Assembly (NCBI RefSeq): GCF_018977255.1
Contig: NW_024704742.1
Coordinates: 69,876,001-69,940,000, forward strand
Source of the DNA: Callorhinchus milii
Taxonomy: Eukaryota
Reading direction: 5' to 3'
Length of the DNA: 64,000 bases
The notes beneath the pieces are model-generated. The model did no database searches, was not told where the DNA came from, and saw nothing but the letters and a program-made list of their open reading frames with translations. Below are positions 11,609 through 22,065 of this stretch, piece after piece (the stretch's first letter is position 1; the number at the start of each line of letters is the position of its first letter). Both the position numbers and the translations under genes were made by a program.

Positions 11609-12177
11609 AACAACAACAAAATTACATTTGTAAAGTGCCTTTCACGTCGGGAGGACGTCCGAAGGTGTTGGACCATGGAGGGCTTTAAAGGTGAGGACCA
11701 GGAGCTTGAACTGTATCCTCCGTGTGATGGGATGCCAGTGGAGTCAGGTGAGGATGGGGGTGATAGGGTCGCAGAGCCTAGTGCAGGAGAGGACACAGGC
11801 GCAGAGTTCTGGATGATCTGCAGGCTATGAATGGGGGGACAAGCAAGGAGTTTGCATAGTCAAGCCTGGATGTTATAAATGTGTGTATGAGGGTTTCAGC
11901 GCCTGTGGAGTGAGACAGCGGTAGAGACGGGGGATTTTGCAGAGGTGGTGGAAGACAAGAGCGCGTCATGGTGCAGATGTGGGGGTCAGAAAGGATAGTC
12001 AAACAAGACCCCAAGGTTCCGGACTGGCTTAGTAAGGTGGAATTTGCAACCATAGATGGTGATGCTGTCAGCACCTGAGATGAGGAGGAGATAACAGGAG
12101 CCAATCAGGAGAGTCTCGGTCTTGTTTGCATTCAACTGAAGAAAATGAGCTCTTATACAGAACTCGATGTCTGACGG
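11609..12177 (-). mobile_element. L2 LINE fragment, internally deleted, with 6-bp TSD
   Basis: AETLIHTFITSRLDYANSLL on the minus strand, (TTG)n tail at 11609; attgac at 11603-11608 and 12178-12183. Confidence 0.85.
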
Positions 12178-12355
12178 ATTGACTATAACTATAGGCTACA
12201 GTGACTGGTAGTGATTACTATTGACTATAGCCCAAAGGCTATAGTGACTGGCAGTGATTAGTGTTGAGTATAACCCACAGGTTATAGTGACCAGCAGTGA
12301 TTGCTGTTGACCATAACTACATACGATAGTGAGTGGCAGTGATTACTGTTGACTA

Positions 12356-13062
12356 TGTTGGGATTTCCGATCCCTAGAGTTCAAAATATGACCCGACAAT
12401 CCAAGATGGTGCAATAATTCTTTTATTATAAGACAGTGAGCTTAATAGTGTGTAAAGAAGAGCATACTACCGGTTAATCCACATAGAACAAAAGTGGAAG
12501 AGAAATTTCTTGGCTGTTGTCACGTGCTTGCCCTGGTTTCGCTGGTGTAATTTCCTCGCTCCCCTCTTGCCAGCCGGGACTAACTGACTTCTCTCTCTCT
12601 CTTCACTAATTATACCCCTTTCTGGACTCTTGCCAGGTACCTTCTTCCCTCTCACAACTTGTCCTGCGCGTACTCATCCTAATCAATCACAGGCCTGGTG
12701 CCAGCCTGACCGGTGTTGATAAGGTGAGTCTCCATTGTCTTGTTTATAATGATGTTAATTCGGGACTGGCCTATTGGGAAGTCTATTTCTAATCTTCCTT
12801 GGCCTAGCACATGATGTTTTTCAGAGCCTTTTCTCTCCATTTCTAGTTGGTACCCAAGGTTACAATAACACTTAACGATGTGCATCTGGAGAGAGATAAC
12901 AGGTACCGTGTTTCCAGCCTGTGCCACATTCCGTTAGCAAGAAAGCTAATTTGGTGGCCATTTTGACCTGTTAATACAATTGATTAAACATATCTTAAAA
13001 GAATGGATATAAAAATCTTGTTCTATTCTAAATGATTATAGGGAAATCCCTATATCCCAACA
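12356..13062 (-). mobile_element. Solo LTR (707 bp) with 4-bp TSD
   Basis: Termini TGTTGGGAT...ATCCCAACA (9-bp perfect inverted repeat, TG..CA); ACTA on both sides (12352-12355, 13063-13066); on the minus strand a TATA-like GTATAAT near 12609-12615 and AATAAA at 12422-12427. Confidence 0.85.
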
Positions 13063-14181
13063 ACTATAACCCATAGGCTATAGTGACTAGCAATGATTTC
13101 TGTTGACTGTAACTACAGGCTACAGTCACTGGCAGCGATTACTGTTGACGATAACTACAAGCTATAAGGACTGGCACTGATTACTGTTGTCTATAACTAC
13201 ATATTACAGTGACTGGCAGTGATTACTGTTGACTATAACCCATAGGCTACAATGACTGGCAGTGATTGCTGTTGACTATAACTACAGCTATAGTGACTGG
13301 CAGTGATTATCGTTGACTGTAACTTCAGCTATAGTGACTGTCAGTGATTACTGTTGACGATAACCCATAGGCTATAGTGACTGGCAGTGATTGCTGTTGA
13401 CTATAACTATAGGCTATGGTGACTGGCAGTGATTACTGTTGACTATAACTACAGCTATAGTGACTGGCAGTGATTACCGTTGACTGTAACTACAGCTATA
13501 GTGACTGGCAGTGATTACTGTTGACTATAACTACAGCTATAGTGACTGGCAGTAATTGCTGTTGACTATAACTACAGCTATAGTGACTGGCAGTGATTAC
13601 TGTTGACTGTAACTACAGCTATAGTGACTGGCAGTGATTACTGTTGACTATAACTACAGCTATAGTGACTGGCAGTAATTGCTGTTGACTATAACTACAG
13701 CTATAGTGACTGGCAGTGATTACTGTTGACTGCAACAACAGCTATAGTGACTGGCAGTGATTACTGTTGACTAACTACAGCTATAGTGACTGGCAGTAAT
13801 TGCTGTTGACTATAACCCATAGGCTATAGTGACTGGCAGTGATTACTGTTGACTATAACCCATAGGCTATAGTGACTGGCAGTAATTACTGTTGTCTAGA
13901 ACTATAGGCTATATTGACTGGCAGTGATTGTTGTTGACTATAACTATAGGCTATAGTGAGTGGCAGTGATTGCTGTTGACTATAACTATAGGCTATAGTG
14001 AGTGGCAGTGATTACTGTTGACTATAACTATAGCTATAGTGAGTGGCAGTGATTTCTGTTGACTATAACTACAGCTATAGTGAGTGGCAGTGATTACTGT
14101 TGACTATAACTATAGGCTGTAGTGAGTGGCAGTGATTGCTGTTGACTATAACTATAGGCTGTAGTGAGGGCAGTGATTACT
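13063..14181. repeat. Tandem satellite, ~39-41-bp unit (ctatagtgactggcagtgattactgttgactataactacag); degenerate units extend back to ~10585
   Basis: Directly visible tandem units; more diverged units at 11345-11390, 11500-11608 and 12178-12355 lie between inserted elements. Confidence 0.95.
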
Positions 14182-14224
14182 AAGTTAAACGAATGTGTTG
14201 AAGCTGCAAACCTGGTCTCCAGCT

Positions 14225-14530
14225 CTTGTCGCGCAGAGTTGTGATGACGTGGAGGTGAATCACCCGCCGGTGCCGCTGCGCGAGGCGGCGCTCCGCGGTG
14301 TTGGGAGGTCGGGTCTGCACTGTGACGCGTCCCGAGTGACGTGTGGCATTGGGCTCGTGATTGGGTTACCAACGGGTTTTTCAGTCGCGAGCCGCGGGCG
14401 GTGCCTCCCCCCTCCCTCCCCCCTCCCTCAGCCGCTGTGTGTCTGTCTGTCTGTGTGTCGGTCGGTGTCGGTGACCGGAGCTGCTGTGGCTGTTCCCGGG
14501 GCCGAATGTTGTCGTCTCTCCACACAACGA
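14225..14530 (+). promoter_or_regulatory. CpG-island-type promoter and 5'UTR of DNAAF9
   Basis: Dense CpG in an otherwise CpG-poor window; TGACGT CRE/ATF-like sites at 14245 and 14337; two reverse CCAAT boxes (ATTGG at 14348 and 14360); GTTACC X-box half-site at 14365; YY1-like GATGGCGGC over the ATG; no TATA box seen. Confidence 0.7.
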
Positions 14531-14582
14531 TGGCGGCGGCAGCGAGGAGGCCCCGACACCAAACCTTCAGCGCGGCGGTCAG
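14530..14582 (+). CDS. DNAAF9: DNAAF9 coding exon 1 (MAAAARRPRHQTFSAAV-S); alternative in-frame ATG at 14506
   Basis: ATG in a CpG-rich region; donor AG|GTCAGC at 14583; the 2-nt overhang AG joins the first base C of exon 2 to give ...AVSCHRLRQ, matching the recalled vertebrate N-terminus (..SVSCSRLRQ). Confidence 0.8.
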
Positions 14583-14585
14583 GTC

Positions 14586-15150
14586 AGCGCCCGCCCGCCC
14601 CCCACCCACCAGCCCAACCCGCCCCCCCACTCACCAGCCCAACCCGCCCGCCCCCCACTCACCAGCCCAACCCGCCCGCCCCCAGCCCAGGCCCCCAGCC
14701 CAGGCCCCCAGCCCAGGCCCCAGCCCAACCCGCCCGCCCCCACCCACCCACAGCCCAGCCCGCCCGCTCCCAGCCCAGGCCCCAGCCCAACCCGCCCGCC
14801 CCCCAGCCCCAGCCCAACCCGCTCCCAGCCCAGGCCCCCAGCCCAACCCGCCCGCCCCCCACCCACCCACCAGCCCAGCCCGCCCCCAGCCCAACCCGCC
14901 CGCCCCCAGCCCAGCCCAACCCGCTCCCAGCCCAGGCCCCCAGCCCAACCCGCCCGCCCCACCCACCACCAGCCCAGCCCGCCCCCAGCCCAACCCGCCC
15001 GCCCGCCCCCCAGCCCCAGCCCAACCCGCCCGACCCCACCCCCAGCCCAACCCGCCCGACCCCACCCACCAGCCCAACCCGCCCGCCCGCCCAGGCCGGG
15101 CCCCCAGCCCAGCCCGCCCGCCCCCAGCCCCAGCCCCAGTGCCCCGGCCC
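14586..15150. repeat. C-rich low-complexity tandem repeat (cccagcccaacccgcccgcc-type)
   Basis: Runs of CCC separated by 1-3 nt immediately after the exon 1 donor. Confidence 0.95.
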
Positions 15151-15171
15151 TACTCGGCTCAGGTCCGACAC

Positions 15172-18100
15172 AGGCCCCGTCTCCTCCTCCTCCTCCAGAC
15201 CCCCGTCTCCTCCTCCTCCTCCAGACCCCCGTCTCCTCCTCCTCCAGACCCCCGTCTCCTCCTCCTCCTCCAGACCCCCGTCTCCTCCTCCTCCTCCAGA
15301 CCCCCGTCTCCTCCTCCTCCTCCAGACCCCCGTCTCCTCCTCCAGACCCCCGTCTCCTCCAGACCCCCGTCTCCTCCTCCTCCTCCAGACCCCCGTCTCC
15401 TCCTCCTCCTCCAGACCCCAGTCTCCTCCAGACCCCCGTCTCCTCCAGACCCCCGTCTCCTCCTCCTCCTCCAGACCCCCGTCTCCTCCTCCTCCTCCAG
15501 ACCCCCGTCTCCTCCTCCTCCTCCTCCAGACCCCCGTCTCCTCCTCCCCCTCCTCCAGACCCCCGTCTCCTCCTCCTCCTCCAGACCCCGTCTCCTCCTC
15601 CTCCTCCAGACCCCCGTCTCCTCCTCCTCCTCCAGACCCCCGTCTCCTCCTCCTCCTCCAGACCCCCGTCTCCTCCTCCTCCTCCAGACCCCCGTCTCCT
15701 CCTCCTCCTCCAGACCCCCGTCTCCTCCTCCTCCAGACCCCGTCTCCTCCTCCAGACCCCCGTCTCCTCCTCCTCCTCCAGACCCCCGTCTCCTCCTCCA
15801 GACCCCGTCTCCTCCTCCAGACCCCCGTCTCCTCCTCCAGACCCCCGTCTCCTCCTCCAGACCCCCGTCTCCTCCTCCAGACCCCCGTCTCCTCCTCCAG
15901 ACCCCCGTCTCCTCCTCCAGACCCCCGTCTCCTCCTCCAGACCCCCGTCTCCTCCTCCAGACCCCCGTCTCCTCCTCCAGACCCCCGTCTCCTCCTCCAG
16001 ACCCCCGTCTCCTCCTCCAGACCCCCGTCTCCTCCTCCAGACCCCCGTCTCCTCCTCCAGACCCCCGTCTCCTCCTCCAGACCCCCGTCTCCTCCTCCAG
16101 ACCCCCGTCTCCTCCTCCAGACCCCCGTCTCCTCCTCCAGACGCCCGTCTCCTCCTCCAGACGCCCGTCTCCTCCTCCAGACGCCCGTCTCCTCCTCCAG
16201 ACGCCCGTCTCCTCCTCCAGACGCCCGTCTCCTCCTCCAGACGCCCGTCTCCTCCTCCAGACGCCCGTCTCCTCCTCCAGACGCCCGTCTCCTCCTCCAG
16301 ACCCCCGTCTCCTCCTCCAGACCCCGTCTCCTCCTCCAGACCCCCGTCTCCTCCTCCAGACCCCCGTCTCCTCCTCCAGACCCCCGTCTCCTCCTCCAGA
16401 CCCCCGTCTCCTCCTCCAGACCCCCGTCTCCTCCTCCAGACCCCCGTCTCCTCCTCCAGACCCCCGTCTCCTCCTCCAGACCCCCGTCTCCTCCTCCAGA
16501 CCCCCGTCTCCTCCTCCAGACCCCCGTCTCCTCCTCCAGACCCCCGTCTCCTCCTCCAGACCCCCGTCTCCTCCTCCAGACCCCCGTCTCCCCTCCAGAC
16601 CCCCGTCTCCTCCTCCAGACCCCCGTCTCCTCCTCCAGACCCCGTCTCCTCCTCCAGACCCCCGTCTCCTCCTCCAGACCCCCGTCTCCTCCTCCAGACC
16701 CCGTCTCCCTCCTCCTCCAGACCCCCGTCTCCCTCCAGACCCCCTTCCTCCTCCAGACCCCCGTCTCCGCCTCCTCTTCCTCCTCCAGACCCCCGTCTCC
16801 TCCTCCTCCTCCAGACCCGTCTCCTCCTCCTCCTCCAGACCCCCGTCTCCTCCTCCTCTCCCTCCTCTCCTCCCAGACCCCGTCTCCTCCTCCTCCTCCA
16901 GACCCCCGTCTCCTCCTCCTCCTCCAGACCCCCGTCTCCTCCTCCTCCCCAGACCCCCGTCTCCTCCTCCTCCCTCCAGACCCCCGTCTCCTCCTCCTCC
17001 TCCAGACCCCCGTCTCCTCCTCCCTGACCCCCACTCCCTCCTCCTCCTCCAGACCCCCGTCTCCCCTCCTCCTCCTCCAGACCCCCGTCTCCTCCTCCTC
17101 CTCCTCCAGACCCCCGTCTCCTCCTCCTCTCCCTCCAGACCCCGTCTCCTCCCTCCTCCTCCTCCTCCAGACCCCCGCTCCTCCTCCTCCTCCTCCAGAC
17201 CCCCGTCTCCTCCCCTCCTTCCAGACCCCCTCTCCGCCTCCCCTCTCAGACCCCCGTCCTCTCTCCTCCTCCAGACCCCCGTCTCCTCCTCTCCTCTCCA
17301 GACCCCCGTTCCTCCTCTCCTCCCAGACCCCGTCTCCTCCTCCTCCTCCAGACCCCCGTCTCCTCCTCCTCCAGACCCCCGTCTCCTCCTCCTCCTCCAG
17401 ACCCCCGTCTCCTCCTCCTCCTCAGACCCCTCTCCTCCTCCCCTCCAGACCCCGTCTCCTCCTCCTCCCAGACCCCCGTCTCCTCCTCCTCCAGACCCCG
17501 TCTCCTCCTCCTCCTCCAGACCCCCGTCTCCTCCTCCTCCTCCTCCAGACCCCCGTCTCCTCCTCCCCTCTCCAGACCCCCTCCTCCTCCCCCCCTCCGA
17601 CCCCCGTCCCCCTCCCCAGACCCCCCCCCCTCCTCCGACCCCCGTCCCCCCTCCCCAACCCGTCTCCTCCTCCAGCCCCGTCTCCTCTCCAGACCCCCTC
17701 TCCTCCTCCCCTCCCGTTCCTCCTCCTCCAACCCCCTCTCCCCTCCTCCAGACCCCCGTCTCCTCCTCCTAATCCTTTGGACCCCCGTCTCCTCCTCCTC
17801 CAGACCCCCGTCTCCTCCTCGTCTTCCTTCAGACCTCCGTCTCCTCCTCCTCTTCCTTCAGACCCCCGTCTCCTCCTCCTCACCCCGTCTCCTCCTCCTG
17901 CTCCTCCAGACCCCCGTCTCCTCCTCCTGCTCCTCCAGACCCCCGTCTCCTCCTCCTGCTCCTCCAGACCCCGTCTCCTCCTCCTGCTCCTCCAGACCCC
18001 CGTCTCCTCCTCCCCCTCCTCCAGACCCCCGTCTCTCCTCCAGACTCCCGTTTCCTCCTCCTCCTCCAGACCCCCGTCTCCTCCTCTTCCTTCAGACCCC

Positions 18101-20385
18101 CGTCTCCTCCTCTTCCTTCAGACCCCCGTCTCCTCCTCTTCCTTCAGACCCCATCTCTTCCTCCTCCAGACCCCGTCTCCTCCTCACCCCACATCTCCTC
18201 CTCCTCCTCCAGACCCCCGTCTCCTCCTCTTCCTCCAGACCCCCATCTCCTCCTCCTCCAGACCCCCATCTCCTCCTCCTCCAGACCCCCGTCTCCTCCT
18301 CTTCCTTCAGACCCCCGTCTCCTCCTCCTCTTCCTTCAGACCCCCGTCTCCGCCTCCTCACCCCCGTCTCCTCCTCCTGCTCCTCCAGACCCCCGTCTCT
18401 CCTCCTGCTCCCCAGACCCCCGTCTCCTCCTCCTGCTCCTCCAGACCCCCGTCTCCTCCTCCCCCTCCTCCAGACTCCCGTCTCCTCCTCCTCCTCCTCC
18501 AGACCCCCGTCTCCTCCTCCTCTTCCTCCGGACCCCCGTCTCCTCCTCCTCTTCCTCCGGACCCCCGTCTCCTCCTCCTCTTCCTCCGGACCCCCGTCTC
18601 CTCCTCCTCTTCCTCCGGACCCCCGTCTCCTCCTCTCTCTTCCTCCGGACCCCCGTCTCCTCCCTCCTCTTCCTCCGGACCCCCGTCTCCTCCTCCTCTT
18701 CCTCCAGACCCTCGTCTCCTCCTCCTCCTCCTCCTCCAGACCCCGTCTCCTCCTCCTCTTCCTCCAGACCCCCGTCTCCTCCTCCTCTTCCTCCAGACCC
18801 CCGTCTCCTCCTCCTCTTCCTCCAGATCCCCGTCTCCTCCTCCTCTTCCTCCAGACCCCTGTCTCTCCTCCTCCTCCTTCAGACCTCCGTCTCCTCCTCC
18901 TTCAGACCTCCGTCTCCTCCTCCTTCAGACCTCCGTCTCCTCCTCCTTCAGACCTCCGTCTCCTCCTCCTTCAGACCTCCGTCTCCTCCTCCTTCAGACC
19001 CCCGTCTCCTCCTCCTCCAGACTCCCGTTTCCTCCTCCTCCAGACCCCCGTCTCCTCCTCCTCCAGACCCCCGTCTCCTCCTCCTAATCCTTTGGACCCC
19101 CGTCTCCTCCTCCTCCAGACCCCCGTCTCCTCCTCGTCTTCCTTCAGACCTCCGTCTCCTCCTCCTCTTCCTTCAGACCCCCGTCTCCTCCTCCTCACCC
19201 CCGTCTCCTCCTCCTGCTCCTCCAGACCCCCGTCTCCTCCTCCTGCTCCTCCAGACCCCGTCTCCTCCTCCTGCTCCTCCAGACCCCCGTCTCCTCCTCC
19301 CCCTCCTCCAGACCCCGTCTCTCCTCCAGACTCCCGTTTCCTCCTCCTCCTCCAGACCCCCGTCTCTCCTCCTCCCAGACTCCCGTTTCCTCCTCCTCCT
19401 CCAGACCCCCGTCTCCTCCTCTTCCTTCAGACCCCCGTCTCCTCCTCTTCCTTCAGACCCCCGTCTCCTCCTCTTCCTTCAGACCCCCATCTCTTCCTCC
19501 TCCAGACCCCGTCTCCTCCTCACCCCACATCTCCTCCTCCTCCTCCAGACCCCCGTCTCCTCCTCTTCCTCCAGACCCCCATCTCCTCCTCCTCCAGACC
19601 CCCATCTCCTCCTCCTCCAGACCCCCGTCTCCTCCTCTTCCTTCAGACCCCCGTCTCCTCCTCCTCTTCCTTCAGACCCCCGTCTCCGCCTCCTCACCCC
19701 CGTCTCCTCCTCCTGCTCCTCCAGACCCCCGTCTCCTCCTCCTGCTCCTCCAGACCCCCGTCTCCTCCTCCTGCTCCTCCAGACCCCCGTCTCCTCCTCC
19801 CCCTCCTCCAGACTCCCGTCTCCTCCTCCTCCTCCTCCTCCGGACCCCCGTCTCCTCCTCCTCTTCCTCCGGACCCCCGTCTCCTCCTCCTCTTCCTCCG
19901 GACCCCCGTCTCCTCCTCCTCTTCCTCCGGACCCCCGTCTCCTCCTCCTCTTCCTCCAGACCCTCGTCTCCTCCTCCTCCTCCTCCTCCAGACCCCCGTC
20001 TCCTCCTCCTCTTCCTCCAGACCCCCGTCTCCTCCTCCTCTTCCTCCAGACCCCCGTCTCCTCCTCCTCTTCCTCCAGATCCCCGTCTCCTCCTCCTCTT
20101 CCTCCAGACCCCTGTCTCTCCTCCTCCTCCTTCAGACCTCCGTCTCCTCCTCCTTCAGACCTCCGTCTCCTCCTCCTTCAGACCTCCGTCTCCTCCTCCT
20201 TCAGACCTCCGTCTCCTCCTCCTTCAGACCTCCGTCTCCTCCTCCTTCAGACCTCCGTCTCCTCCTCCTTCAGACCTCCGTCTTCTCCTCCTCCAGACCC
20301 CCGTCTCCTCCTCCTTCAGACCCCCTTCTCCTCCTCCTTCTCCAGATCCCCGTCTCCTCCTCCTCCAGACCCCAGTCTCCTCCTC
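15172..20385. repeat. ~5.2-kb minisatellite, core unit gacccccgtctcctcctcca (20 bp) with variable (cct)n
   Basis: Directly visible; homogeneous core 15820-16580, noisy 16580-17760, higher-order duplication after 17771. Confidence 0.97.
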
Positions 20386-21329
20386 TGAACCTCTTGTCTA
20401 CCTGGTCCCTGGCCCCCAGCTCTCCAGAGCTAGATTGATATCTATGGAGCAGTATTTTTCAGGAGTGTGTGTGTATGTATGTGGGAGGAAAATGGAACTG
20501 AATGGAATAATAATAATAATACTTGCATTTAATACAGTGGCTTATCACATCATTGGACATTTCAAAGCGCTTCGTAGAATATACTGTAAAGTGAATTGAC
20601 TGAATATTTTGTGGGTGAAACGTGGCAGCCAATTGCACACAACAGTATCCCATACGCAGTCATGAAGTGCTTTAGGATGTCTTGCCCCTTGGTTCCCCAT
20701 CTTCAGTTTGGGCCTGAAGATCTTCCTCTTCAACGATGCGTACGGTCACCCCCCCCCCCCCGCCCCACCAGTTTGGCTTTGTGCTCTGCCACTGTCAAGA
20801 GCTCTGGGCTGCTTTCGTGCATGAGAGGTGCTATATAAATGCAAGTTTTTGTCCTCCCGACGTGAAAGGTGCTATACAAATGTAATTTGTTGTTGTTGTT
20901 GAAGTGAGTGCGCTGAATGGGTTACTTCTATACTGTAATGGCTTCAATACACATAATGGATTGTTTGGCGTTTGGAGCAGTGGTTGATGCTATGGGTAAT
21001 TACGGGAATGAGGGCAGAATTAATAATAATCCTTCCATTTGATATAGCGCCTTATTATGTCATTGAGACATTTCAAAACGCTTCACAAAATATATTATAA
21101 AGTGGATTGACTGTGTGTTTTGTGGGAGAATCAAAGTATTAGTGTTAGTGGGAGGAAAATCGGAATTTATTTCTGCCAAATATGAGAATGTGTATCTATT
21201 TTTTGTCTCCCTCCAGCTGTAACTTGTTCATTCACATCTCTTATTTAGGCTTGTATTATCAAATCAAATCAGCTGCCATATAGTATAGCCCTGCGTGCTG
21301 TAGTATGATGCTGCAACACCACCACCAAC

Positions 21330-22065
21330 TGTAACAAAATGCCATTTGTAAAGCGCCTTTTACGTTGGGAAGACGTCCCAAGGCGCTGGACAGACAAAAT
21401 TATGGACCCGAGCTTGGGGTTGGGGAGGGTGGAAGGCAGGGGAGGAAGCAGGGAGATCGAAAGCACAGTCAAAGAGGAGGGTCTTGAGATGGGTCTTGAA
21501 GGTGGCGAGGGAGGGGGCGAGGCAGAGGGACTGCGGGATGGAGTTCCAGAGGGTTTGTGGAATAGTGGCGGAAGGCTCGGCCGCCAATAGTGGGGCGAGC
21601 GAGGTGTGGGATGTGAAGCATGAGTGGAGGGAGCGAGCAGGATGATAGGGGCTTAGGAGGTTGGAGAGGTCGGGGGAGCAAGACCATGGAGGGCTTTGAA
21701 GGTGAGGACCCGGATCTTGAACTGTATCCTCTGTGTGATGGGAAGCCAGTGGAGTTGGGTGAGGATGGGGGTGATAGGGTCGCGGAGCCTAGTGCGGGAG
21801 AGGACGTGGGCTACAGCGTTCTGGATGATCTGCAGCCTATGGAAGGAGGAGTTGGGGAGGCCGACAAGCAGGGAGTTTGCATAGTTGAGCCTCGATGTAA
21901 TGAAGGCTTGTATGAGTGTTTTGGCGGCCTGCAGTGTGAGACGGTGGCGGAGCCAGGCAATGTTGTGGAGGTGGGGGAAGCCAGAGTGGGTCATGCCGCA
22001 GATGTGAGGTAGAAAGGATAGTTGAGGGTCAAACAAGACCCCAAGGTTTCGGACTGGCTTAGCAA
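21330..22065 (-). mobile_element. L2 LINE 3' fragment
   Basis: FDPQLSFLPHI..AFITSRLNYANSLLVGLP..HWLPITQRIQFKI on the minus strand, with tail. Confidence 0.9.

Noticed and set aside
13063..14181. CRISPR-like appearance of regularly spaced palindromic units
   Set aside because: Units are contiguous with no unique spacers, there are no cas genes, and the context is vertebrate.
14364..14378. Full RFX X-box in the promoter of a cilia-related gene
   Set aside because: Only the GTTACC half-site is present; the second half does not match.
14195..19087. 1630-aa, 1143-aa, 791-aa and 448-aa Pro/Ser- or Gly/Arg-rich ORFs
   Set aside because: They are translations of stop-free tandem repeats open in several frames on both strands; only 14530-14582 is supported as coding, and it has a phase-compatible splice donor.
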